A stretch of DNA of 64,000 nt. Source: an uncultured Lachnospiraceae bacterium (GTDB lineage: Bacteria > Bacillota > Clostridia > Lachnospirales > Lachnospiraceae). The notes beneath the pieces were generated by a model, which worked only from the letters and a program-made list of their open reading frames with translations, made no database searches and had not been told where the DNA came from. This document shows positions 37,470-45,924 of this stretch, piece after piece. Positions within the stretch are counted from its first letter, which is position 1. Each line of letters opens with the position of its first letter. The DNA lies in NCBI GenBank assembly GCA_910586255.1, contig CAJUHR010000025.1, positions 5,177-69,176 on the forward strand, written 5' to 3'. A program made the position numbers and the translations under genes.

Positions 37470-37501
37470 ATAAAATGATCAATGAGAAAGAAGGTGTACA
37501 C

Positions 37502-38827
37502 ATGTCATTGAGAGTATCCGGAAATAATTATTCTAATTATGAGAGCATGTATCAGATGATGCGCACTCTGCAGGCATCCCGGACAGCGGCAGCTTCCAGG
37601 CTGAATCAGGGACAGGCGGTTGCTCCTATTAACCGGGTTCCCCGGGTTAAGTCAGGTTCGACTCAGTATGCAGACACCTTGAAGTTTGTTCAGAACTATG
37701 GAAAAGGGATGGCCGATGTAAAGCTGAGCGCTTTCCGGCTTCAGGCGGGCAATTCGTCCGGTGTATTTTCCGGCCTGGATATCCAAAGCTCTGATACATC
37801 GGTGGCGTCTGTGGATAAGACCTTCCGTCCCAGAAAGGGCACGGAGATTGATTTGGAGGTTAAGTCCTTAGCGCAGGCCCAGCAGAATCAGAGTCAGGCG
37901 CTGGGGGCCTCAGAGAAGGCGGCAGATGATTCTGCCATGGATTTTGAGGTGACATCAGCCAGAGGGAGAAGTGTCCGGGTCAATGTAAGTGATATGGGGG
38001 TTGACGGCGCCAAAAAGACCAATGAACAGATGATGCAGGAGGCGGCAGACCAGATTAACGGCAGCCGTACAGGAGTCCGTGCCTCTGTGGCAAAGGAGGA
38101 CGGCAAGGTGTCTCTGGTGCTTTCTTCCGAAAAGACCGGGGAGAGCAACAGCTTTACGGTTCAGGGCCGGATGGGAGCGGCAGAGGGCGCTCAGAATGTG
38201 GCTGCGGAGGGGCAAAATGCCCGATATACGGTCACACAGAACGGCAACACGGTTTCCCGCAGCTCTGAGTCCAACAAGATCTCCCTGGATTACGGCAGGG
38301 TGGAGGCCACGCTTACCGGTACAGGCTCTGCCAAGGTACAGTCAGGAGTGGATTCCGACCAAGTGGTATCGGCAGTGAAGGAACTGGTGTCCAGCTACAA
38401 TGAGGCCACGGATTTTCTAAAGTCCAATTCCTCCAGAGGACAGGGGACAAAGGATCAGTATGACAGCTTCAGCAGGGACATTGCAAATGAGAGAACCTTA
38501 AAGGCCGTAGGTCTTAGCTATGACAAGAGCGGCAAGCTGCAGGTAGACGAGAAGGCCCTTAAAAAGGCGCTGAAGGATGATTTTGAAGGAACAAAGGAGA
38601 TTCTGGGCGGACAGTTCGGGCTTGCGGACCGGATCACTCAGCGGGTTGATTCAGCCATGTCCACATCCTCCGGAAAACTGGTGGATCAGGATATTTCCGC
38701 GGGAATGGACAGAAATCAGGAAAGCACCTTTTCTTCCTTCCGCTATTTGTCGAACTTTTCCGGTACCGGGCCTTACAGCCTGGGGAATTATTACACTGTT
38801 GGATTGCTTTTGAATACTTTGGGCTGA
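37502..38827 (+). CDS. FliD-like (filament-cap family) paralog lacking the canonical FliD termini, 441 aa
   Basis: It has FliD-core-like segments: 'EIDLEVKSLAQAQQNQSQAL', 'NARYTVTQNGNTVSRSSESNKISLDYGRVEATLTG', 'VVSAVKELVSSYNEATDFLK' and 'LQVDEKALKKALKDDFEGTKEILGG'. The C-terminal 'GPYSLGNYYTVGLLLNTLG' is shared with ORF 1763. The internal ATG at 37502 follows AGAAAGAAGGTG. Confidence 0.6.
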   Translation: MSLRVSGNNYSNYESMYQMMRTLQASRTAAASRLNQGQAVAPINRVPRVKSGSTQYADTLKFVQNYGKGMADVKLSAFRLQAGNSSGVFSGLDIQSSDTSVASVDKTFRPRKGTEIDLEVKSLAQAQQNQSQALGASEKAADDSAMDFEVTSARGRSVRVNVSDMGVDGAKKTNEQMMQEAADQINGSRTGVRASVAKEDGKVSLVLSSEKTGESNSFTVQGRMGAAEGAQNVAAEGQNARYTVTQNGNTVSRSSESNKISLDYGRVEATLTGTGSAKVQSGVDSDQVVSAVKELVSSYNEATDFLKSNSSRGQGTKDQYDSFSRDIANERTLKAVGLSYDKSGKLQVDEKALKKALKDDFEGTKEILGGQFGLADRITQRVDSAMSTSSGKLVDQDISAGMDRNQESTFSSFRYLSNFSGTGPYSLGNYYTVGLLLNTLG

Positions 38828-38840
38828 CAGAGAGAGATGT

Positions 38841-40013
38841 ATGAACCAATTATTGTATGAAGGGCGCACCCTGGTGGGAATGGTCTCCTCCATCATCCGC
38901 CAGGATGCCATGCATGTATTATATAATCGGCTGGATTGGGAGAGAATGTTCCGTCTGGCAGATTATCACCGGGTAGCCAATGTGGTATACTTAAGCGTCC
39001 TCGGTAAAGGGGACGCTTTGCCGAGTCGGTGGAGGGACCGCTTTTTTGAGCGGTATCAGGAAGCTTTGCTTTTTGGTGAGAATTGTGACGAGTCCTTTCG
39101 GGAGCTTTTGATGTGGCTGGATATGCGGGAGGTTTCCTGCACATTGCTCACATCGGTTTCCATGCGGGAGCTGTATAAGCTGCCGGAGACAGCGGAGAAC
39201 ACCCCAGTGCAGATCCTGTTGGATGAGGAAAATTATCTTTTGGCCAAGGGGTATCTGGTAGATCTGGGATATGAGACGGATCAGACTTATAAGGGATATG
39301 GAGAGCGAATGAGACGGATATCCGGAGTATCGGTGATCCTGTATCACAAGCTTCCTTTCCGCACATCCGGATATATCAAAAATATGCAGAGACTTCTGGA
39401 GGATTCCTACATTAAGGAACCGTATTTGAATATTCGTGAGCTGCCTGCGGAAAGTGAGTTTATCTATCGCATGGCAAAGGCTGTCTATGGATATGTAACC
39501 GATGAGCTAAGGCTTCGTGAGGTTTTGGATCTGCAGATCTTCCATCGAGCCTGGCGGGAGGAGATCAACTGGGAAGCCGTTCAGAAAAGACTGGAGGATT
39601 TCCAGATAGATGAGCTGGCAGAAAAGCTTTTGAGAATCGCTTATATGTGGTTTGGAGATAAAAAGGATAATTATTTTACAGACCAGCCGGAGGATGTGAG
39701 TGTCTATGATATTCTGGAGGATCGGCTTTTAACCCAGGGGACTATCAATCGGGAGAGCGATATGCAGGCCTTAAGGTTGGAGAAGGCGATTCAGAAGGAG
39801 ATAGAAAAAGAGAAGAGGGGAGAAGGACGGGAGCTGTTCTGGGAGAAAATCATGGATTCCTTCCGGGCATTCAGGAAAAAGCTTCGCTGGATTTTCCCCG
39901 ATTACCACTATATGAGCTCTATCTATCCTGCCGTGGAGAAGCTTCCTGTTTTGCTTCCTGTGTTTTGGGGAGTGCGGGGGTTGCGGTTTTTTTTCAGACT
40001 TTTTATCAAATAG
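38841..40013 (+). CDS. NTP_transf_5-like ('uncharacterised nucleotidyltransferase' family) protein, possibly inactive
   Basis: The overall pattern is '...RLADYHRVANVVY...' then 'VQILLDEENYLLAKGYLVDLGY...VILYHKL'. This resembles the family, but the expected D-x-D position reads V-Q-I. The assignment is from memory of the family pattern. Confidence 0.4.
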   Translation: MNQLLYEGRTLVGMVSSIIRQDAMHVLYNRLDWERMFRLADYHRVANVVYLSVLGKGDALPSRWRDRFFERYQEALLFGENCDESFRELLMWLDMREVSCTLLTSVSMRELYKLPETAENTPVQILLDEENYLLAKGYLVDLGYETDQTYKGYGERMRRISGVSVILYHKLPFRTSGYIKNMQRLLEDSYIKEPYLNIRELPAESEFIYRMAKAVYGYVTDELRLREVLDLQIFHRAWREEINWEAVQKRLEDFQIDELAEKLLRIAYMWFGDKKDNYFTDQPEDVSVYDILEDRLLTQGTINRESDMQALRLEKAIQKEIEKEKRGEGRELFWEKIMDSFRAFRKKLRWIFPDYHYMSSIYPAVEKLPVLLPVFWGVRGLRFFFRLFIK

Positions 40014-40055
40014 AAAAATCCCACAAAATAATATGCTTATTTTGTGGGATTTTTT
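40014..40055. terminator. bidirectional terminator between convergent genes
   Basis: AAAAATCCCACAAAAT-aatatgctt-ATTTTGTGGGATTTTT. Confidence 0.85.
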
Positions 40056-40059
40056 GTTC

Positions 40060-40311
40060 TTACTTTTCGGAATTTTCCGAGTCGATCTGCTTTTTAAACA
40101 GAGACTGAAACATCCGCACAGAATTCATATCCGGAGTCAAGGCGTTCTTGTTGGTCTGCTCCGCCTCCGAAAGCTCCTCGCGCAGGATGGATATCTGTTT
40201 TGGCGCGTCAATAGCTACCCGGACACCGTCCGATGCACATTCAATGATAGTGATACGAATGTTATCCCCTATTAAAATACTCTCATTTTTTTTACGTCTC
40301 AGTATCAGCAT
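40060..40311 (-). CDS. csrA: carbon storage regulator CsrA (flagellar type)
   Basis: 'MLILRRKKNESILIGDNIRITIIECASDGVRVAIDAPKQISILREEL' is a CsrA signature. The start was moved to the internal ATG at 40311. Confidence 0.92.
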   Translation of the reverse strand: MLILRRKKNESILIGDNIRITIIECASDGVRVAIDAPKQISILREELSEAEQTNKNALTPDMNSVRMFQSLFKKQIDSENSEK

Positions 40312-40771
40312 GACCGTCACTCCCATTTGCTGAACCGGCTACCGTTGGAAAAGAACGCAGCTCATGACGATATCCATAAGGGGAATTTTCCAAAATAACC
40401 TGTATTCCATGGCGCGTCTGCGGATTCACTACCAGAGGACATTTCAGATTGACTGTATTTTCCAGATAATTGTTCCGCACGACACAGATTGAATAGTACG
40501 AAAGCTCTCCCGCATCCTGTACTCCCAGGCAGGCAAGCTCCTCAGAGGACAGAACAGGCAAGTAGTCAGGACAAAGGAGGAAAGGATTGATCAATACAAA
40601 TCCCACCTTGCTCTCCTCCACTGACAGAAGCAAAAGCATAGAATCATCATCTTCGTTCAAATACAGGAGGAGATATTTTGTCAGCTTCGGAAAACCAAAG
40701 AGACCATCGGAGAATATAAGCAGATCTTTCTCTTCATATTCTACGACACCATAATCCGTTTGTATTGTCAT
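40292..40771 (-). CDS. fliW: flagellar assembly factor FliW
   Basis: 'EEKDLLIFSDGLFGFPKLTKYLLL' and 'FVLINPFLLCPDY' are FliW signatures. It lies immediately upstream of csrA. Confidence 0.9.
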   Translation of the reverse strand: MTIQTDYGVVEYEEKDLLIFSDGLFGFPKLTKYLLLYLNEDDDSMLLLLSVEESKVGFVLINPFLLCPDYLPVLSSEELACLGVQDAGELSYYSICVVRNNYLENTVNLKCPLVVNPQTRHGIQVILENSPYGYRHELRSFPTVAGSANGSDGHADTET

Positions 40772-40786
40772 ATCGAATCAACACTC

Positions 40787-41380
40787 CTATGTGAATAGAT
40801 TAATATTACTTCCCGGATTGCCGTCCCGGGGAGGAACATAGTTGAAACCACCCAGATACTCCACATGTACCTGCGGCCTTTGCGTGATAACCGTCATAAC
40901 CAGAGGCGGCAAATAGGTAAGATCACCCCGGGCAACCCGCATCTCAAAGGCGCCTCTCTGTGCCGTATAGGATGTACTTGGATTTACAATCGGATCCGGA
41001 ACAGATGAGGCGGCAGAGGCTGTCACAGCAGGAGCTGAATAAATCTCTGAGGAAGAGGCGGCTGCTGCGACTGTGGCAGACTGTTTCATAACCGGGACAG
41101 AAGGCTGCTGTGCCTTTCTGGAAGCAAGTTGCTGAAACGACACTTCCTGAGCTTGCGGCGTCACATTTGCATTGGCATGGGAGAAGGTCTGATTGATCCT
41201 TGTAAGATCTCCCATAGGAACAGAACCCTGGGTATGAGGGTTGCTCCGATGCATGGATATATGGCGGGCAATTGCTTTTCTTCTTTCAATGTCTACAGAG
41301 TCTGAGCTTACCAGTTTGGCATTCTGGGTAAATCGAACCATCTGTATCGGTTCGGTTGTGATTCTTATTAACGGTCCCAT
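40787..41380 (-). CDS. YviE-like protein (DUF6470-type) between flgL and fliW
   Basis: Its position is identical to B. subtilis yviE. The C-terminus 'GDLTYLPPLVMTVITQRPQVHVEYLGGFNYVPP' fits my recollection of that family. Confidence 0.4.
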   Translation of the reverse strand: MGPLIRITTEPIQMVRFTQNAKLVSSDSVDIERRKAIARHISMHRSNPHTQGSVPMGDLTRINQTFSHANANVTPQAQEVSFQQLASRKAQQPSVPVMKQSATVAAAASSSEIYSAPAVTASAASSVPDPIVNPSTSYTAQRGAFEMRVARGDLTYLPPLVMTVITQRPQVHVEYLGGFNYVPPRDGNPGSNINLFT

Positions 41381-41426
41381 AAAAAGCCTCCTTTCTTTAA
41401 AATTATAACAATTACCAATAAAAATT

Positions 41427-42605
41427 TTATCTTACAAAGTCAAAAAGTGATGAGTTCATCAGCTTGGAGCCTACCTGGAGAGCAGCATTGTAAGAATACT
41501 GATGGTTGAACATCTCCATAATCGCCTCATAGGGATCCGCTCCTAAAGCATCCTTATACTGCTCAGTCAGGGAATCCTCGATGGAATCAAGACGCTTTGA
41601 GGTGTCCTCCAAAAGCTTGTATTTGTTGCCTAAGTCAGAGTAGACGGTGCTGATAGTGTGCTCCGTAACAGCCATTCGGTCCATGGTAGAGCCCAGGCGG
41701 TCGTCCAACACGTCCTTGTCACCAGTGGTCTGGTAGTCATTGATGGAGAGAATGGCGCGGCCGATGAGGGCTATGGGGCTTTCGTTCAGAGCTTCCTCAA
41801 ACTTTGCATCGGCGCCGTTCGGATTATTACCATTGTTGGTTAATGTACGGATAGCATCCGAGTTCAAACCGGTCAACACATTCATACCGCCTGTATACGT
41901 ATCAACCAATGTGCTGTGGTCACTGATGTCTCCGTAACCCAGATCCATACGGCCTTGCTCAGACATTGCCTTTATCAGCTTTTCCTGATCTCCAAGAGGA
42001 TTACCATTGGAATCCGTACCAGACATAAGCTCAAATTCAAAATCACCCTTTCCATCAGAATGATATTTCATCTGAAATTCTGTTACATCTGTTTCACCAG
42101 GAAACACATGACGGTAGGTCAGTGTTACATTGGCCTGATCATTGGGTTCCAGACTGATATCTAAGCTAAAGGGGGTGGTAGATACATCATTACCGCCATA
42201 TACATAGAAATCCTGATACTGGGTATTCAGATCATTGGCAATGGTCCGTACCTTCTGCATCAGATCCTCTTTGATAGTCTGAATATCGTGCTCTCCGGTG
42301 GTAGTGGCTGTCTTGGCATACTCTACCTGGACCTTTGCCTTGGAAAGAGTATCCTGAATATCCCGCGCGCCCAATTCCTGCTGGTAAAGACGGTTTTTAA
42401 CATCTGTAATCAGCGTGTTTTTTGCTTTGGTATCCAGATATTGCTGATCAATTTTCTTGCCTGTATAGTAGGCCAAAGGATTCTCAGCGGCAGTCTCATA
42501 GGCGGCTCCGCTGGTGATCTTGTTCATGCTTTTGTTGAGTTTAAGGTGAACATTATTGACAGAAGATGTAAACTTTCTGTAGGTTGACGCATTGGTTACG
42601 CGCAT
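41427..42605 (-). CDS. flgL: flagellar hook-filament junction protein FlgL
   Basis: It has a flagellin-type N-terminus ('MRVTNASTYRKFTSSVNNVHLKLNKSMNKITSG') and a conserved C-terminal helix. It follows flgK. Confidence 0.8.
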   Translation of the reverse strand: MRVTNASTYRKFTSSVNNVHLKLNKSMNKITSGAAYETAAENPLAYYTGKKIDQQYLDTKAKNTLITDVKNRLYQQELGARDIQDTLSKAKVQVEYAKTATTTGEHDIQTIKEDLMQKVRTIANDLNTQYQDFYVYGGNDVSTTPFSLDISLEPNDQANVTLTYRHVFPGETDVTEFQMKYHSDGKGDFEFELMSGTDSNGNPLGDQEKLIKAMSEQGRMDLGYGDISDHSTLVDTYTGGMNVLTGLNSDAIRTLTNNGNNPNGADAKFEEALNESPIALIGRAILSINDYQTTGDKDVLDDRLGSTMDRMAVTEHTISTVYSDLGNKYKLLEDTSKRLDSIEDSLTEQYKDALGADPYEAIMEMFNHQYSYNAALQVGSKLMNSSLFDFVR

Positions 42606-42685
42606 TGTAATACCTCCATAATTCGTTATAGTTATACACTTAGCGGCTGGATGGTCAACCGCTAAATGATTGCTCTATAGTTTCA

Positions 42686-44452
42686 TTAACGCCCTACAAG
42701 GCCGGTGTTATTGATCAGAACATTGAGTGCCTCGTCAAGGGTAGTCATAAGCCGGGATGCTGCATTGTACGCGGACATATATGCCATCATGCTGGCTGCC
42801 TCTTCATCTAAGCTGACACCGGATATGGAATCCCTGGAGCTCTGAATGCCGTTTAATACCGTCACATTGGTCTTTAAGGACTGGGTGTTGGTGTAGGAAT
42901 CATTGGCCAGGATAGTAGCAGTGTAGTTCATATAATCGGCAAAGGAGTTATTCTCCAAATCGATAGGGTCAAAATTAATTGTAGTGCCGTCTGCACCTAC
43001 AAAAGTATTCTTTGATAAAGGCCAGGAAGCAGACATAGCCCCCAAAAGATTAAGCACAGTCATATTAGCGCTTTCTCCTGCAGTGCCTACATGGACATCA
43101 CCGCTGCTCCACTTAGTATTGATAGAAATATTACCAGCAGTGATACCAGCTTCAGCGGAGGTGTCTTTATTGACAAGCAAAAAGGCGTTATTCTTATCAG
43201 GACCCGCTGTTCCAGCCTTATTGATCTCATTGATCACATGGGCAAAGGAAGAAGCAAGAGTGTCCAATTGTCCCCGGTAAAACTCATAGCCTTTTATACT
43301 TCCATTTGATCCGTCTTTCCATAACATATCCAAACTGGCCTGGACAGAACCGCCGTTTACCGGAAGGTGGGGATCCGTATTATTGGGACCTAATTTGACT
43401 GTATTCGGGTTAGGCTGTGTGATCTGCACACTGTTGTTTGCAGCTGTGGTATATTTATATGCAGAGCCGGTAAAAGTAATCTGAATACTGGTTGGGTCAT
43501 CGGGATTCTGTAGAGAAATATCAACATTTCCCATATTCTCATATCCACTTCCCACCGTTCCCTCTATAAGAGTAAGACGCTGGGGTGCACCCTGATCATC
43601 CACATAAAGCATTTCAACCCGCAAATCATCCGGCCAATTCTTCTTTTCAAAAGGATGGCCATTGGCATCCAGATGATAGGTCTCGCTCAGATCTTCATTT
43701 CCATTGGCATCCACCCCGTCATGGGCAAAATCCTTATAATAGCTGACCTCAATGGGAATATAGCTGGCCAGCTCATCCAACAGCAAATTCCGCTCATCCA
43801 TCAGCTCCAAGCTGGGCTGACCAAAGATCTGATTGTCCTTGATCTGCCGGTTCAGGGTGCTGATCTGCTTTAAGATGTCATTGATTTCTTGTTCAGCGCC
43901 GTTCTGGGTAGAGCTGGAGCCGTCCAAACGGGTGTATTCGGCCTTCTCTGCCTCAGTAATCTGCCGGTCCGCGTCATTAAGAAGGTTGGTCAGCGCCTGC
44001 ATCCGGGCCCGCAGCTCGGATTCATAAATCGGGTCATTGACTTTGGATACATCCTGCATGTTGTCTAAGCAGGTCTGAATCTCATTGAACGCCATATGGA
44101 TTCCGTTGATGGTGCTCTCGTCAAGCACTCTGGACAGACGGTCAAGGGAGGTCTGGAAAGCATCTGCATATCCGGACTTTTTGATCTGGTCCCGGTACTG
44201 GGCATCCAGATAGGGGTCCCGAAGCTGAGTGACCGTATCCATATGCACGCCAAAACCCACTACCGTCTCGGAGCCGTTGGTGTAGTGGGCAACGGGGTGT
44301 GTATAGTTCAGGCTGGATGTCTTAAGCGCCTGTCTTGTGTATCCTGGTGTATTCATGTTAGCAAGGTTCTGGCCGACAATATCCAACCGCTTCTGATTCG
44401 CCTGCAGGGCGGAATAGGCAGTGGTAAATCCGGCGAAGGTTGCTCGCAGCAT
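42686..44452 (-). CDS. flgK: flagellar hook-filament junction protein FlgK
   Basis: N-terminus 'TAYSALQANQKRLDIVGQNLANMNTPGYTRQ' and C-terminus 'GVSLDEEAASMMAYMSAYNAASRLMTTLDEALNVLIN'. The ATG at 44452 follows GGAGGAAGATATT. Confidence 0.9.
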   Translation of the reverse strand: MLRATFAGFTTAYSALQANQKRLDIVGQNLANMNTPGYTRQALKTSSLNYTHPVAHYTNGSETVVGFGVHMDTVTQLRDPYLDAQYRDQIKKSGYADAFQTSLDRLSRVLDESTINGIHMAFNEIQTCLDNMQDVSKVNDPIYESELRARMQALTNLLNDADRQITEAEKAEYTRLDGSSSTQNGAEQEINDILKQISTLNRQIKDNQIFGQPSLELMDERNLLLDELASYIPIEVSYYKDFAHDGVDANGNEDLSETYHLDANGHPFEKKNWPDDLRVEMLYVDDQGAPQRLTLIEGTVGSGYENMGNVDISLQNPDDPTSIQITFTGSAYKYTTAANNSVQITQPNPNTVKLGPNNTDPHLPVNGGSVQASLDMLWKDGSNGSIKGYEFYRGQLDTLASSFAHVINEINKAGTAGPDKNNAFLLVNKDTSAEAGITAGNISINTKWSSGDVHVGTAGESANMTVLNLLGAMSASWPLSKNTFVGADGTTINFDPIDLENNSFADYMNYTATILANDSYTNTQSLKTNVTVLNGIQSSRDSISGVSLDEEAASMMAYMSAYNAASRLMTTLDEALNVLINNTGLVGR

Positions 44453-44523
44453 AATATCTTCCTCCAAGTATTTCTTTCTATATTATAATGAATTGCGCAA
44501 ACGCGCGTCAAAAGGCTTCGGAT

Positions 44524-45006
44524 TTACACATATTTGGTGTGCAGCTTTGAAGGGCCGGGGGAGGTCTGACTGAGATTGCCCGTGTTGTCATAGGAGCTGC
44601 CCTGCTGCCTTCCAATGGCTATCTGAAGCTCATGGATTCTCGTGTTAAGAATCTGTTCTGAGGCGTCACGGGCAGAGCCAAGCCTTTTTAGCTGCCGTTC
44701 CAGATCCTGGAACAAAGGGGACAAAAGTGAATGTCCGGCCGGGTCAGCCTTCTCAAGAATCTGGCGGAAGGTAAGGGACTTCCATCCCAGAGAGTCCGCC
44801 AGGCGAAGCCTGCGCTGCTCCAAACCCCGCAGCTTTAAGATGGCGGCCTGCTCCTCCTGGATAAAGCTGTCCATGAGATAATGCCGTCTGTCTGTAGCGG
44901 CTGAAGCCTTCTCCTCCTCAATGCGGGCAATATCCTCTGCCGCGGCAATCAGCTGCTTAATGACAGAGGCAAATTCTTCCAAGGTCTGTTGTGTGTTTTG
45001 ATCCAT
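44524..45006 (-). CDS. flgN: FlgN-family export chaperone
   Basis: A helical 160-aa protein between flgM and flgK. The segment 'LEEFASVIKQLIAAAEDIARIEEEK...EQAAILKLRGLEQRR' is FlgN-like. Confidence 0.6.
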   Translation of the reverse strand: MDQNTQQTLEEFASVIKQLIAAAEDIARIEEEKASAATDRRHYLMDSFIQEEQAAILKLRGLEQRRLRLADSLGWKSLTFRQILEKADPAGHSLLSPLFQDLERQLKRLGSARDASEQILNTRIHELQIAIGRQQGSSYDNTGNLSQTSPGPSKLHTKYV

Positions 45007-45055
45007 AAATATTTAGTAAACTCCCTTCTGTTCCCCTTCGGGGTGCCGGCGTCTG

Positions 45056-45358
45056 TCAGCCTAAGCCAAGCATCCGTCCGGCTATTCTCTGGGCATCGGG
45101 CTGATAAGTTCCATCGGCAATCCTGCGGCCTAACTCCTGCACACGTTCCGGACTGGGGCCGCTGCCAAGCTGGGCAGTGGCTCTGCGGGCTAATATGCGG
45201 GCAAAGCTTTCATCATCGTCCTGGGAAATACGCGTTCTCTGGATATTTACCGTATCATAATCGCCCTTTACCGCTGCCGGCTGAGCCGCCCGCTTGCGCG
45301 GTGTGGAGACCGGCGCGCGATACGGGGTGTTGTTCGTGGTCTGAAATATAACGTTCAT
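45056..45358 (-). CDS. flgM: anti-sigma-28 factor FlgM
   Basis: About 100 aa, with the C-terminus 'RVQELGRRIADGTYQPDAQRIAGRMLG' typical of FlgM. The ATG at 45358 follows AGGGAGGTAGCT. Confidence 0.8.
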   Translation of the reverse strand: MNVIFQTTNNTPYRAPVSTPRKRAAQPAAVKGDYDTVNIQRTRISQDDDESFARILARRATAQLGSGPSPERVQELGRRIADGTYQPDAQRIAGRMLGLG

Positions 45359-45403
45359 AGCTACCTCCCTTCTATGGATGCAGGTAAATCCTATATGTTC
45401 TAA

Positions 45404-45411
45404 ATATCGGC
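45404..45411 (-). promoter_or_regulatory. sigma-28-type -10 box for the flgM operon
   Basis: The minus strand reads GCCGATAT exactly, about 45 nt upstream of the flgM ATG. Confidence 0.5.
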
Positions 45412-45642
45412 AGATTTTCAAAAGACATAACATTGGCTGGGTTTTTTTTGCACAAAATTATAACAAAAACATTTACAACATTTACAAATTTCCAAATATC
45501 GATTTTACCATCTTGTACAAAAAGGGAAAAACGAATATAATACATCTATGGATAAAGAGCGCAATCTGTATCAACAGTCTGTATCAATAGGAAGCGGAAA
45601 AAGAGCTTTTGACGCTTCTGTCATTAATATTAGCCAAAACGC

Positions 45643-45650
45643 GCCGATAT
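45643..45650 (+). promoter_or_regulatory. sigma-28-type -10 box upstream of the FliK-like gene
   Basis: An exact GCCGATAT lies on the plus strand. An AT-rich TTAA/TAAT lies about 15 nt upstream. The box is about 275 nt before ATG 45925. Confidence 0.4.
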
Positions 45651-45924
45651 ATAAAAGATAAGTCTGCGGATATATGATATTAATGTCTGCTCTCAAATCT
45701 TATAAAATCAGGCAATATGTACCCGTGAGCCAAATGATTTGTCAACACGGTTCCTTATTTCAAGATAAGTCACCCAATCATTTGGCAAATAAGTATGCTC
45801 ATGAGTATAAAAATAAATAAAAAGTATTATTTTAAGAGACAGAAGCGACAGGGAAGATTTTCCCGATGGGAATGATGCAGGATCGGTGCCATCGGAACTG
45901 TTGCAGACGGAAGCTGGAGGACAT

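Noticed and set aside
37373-37501. The N-terminal 43 aa of ORF 37373..38827 as given in the ORF track.
   Set aside because: It starts at a non-ATG codon with no RBS and reads through a sigma-28-like box and a conserved hairpin repeat. The internal ATG at 37502 has a good RBS.
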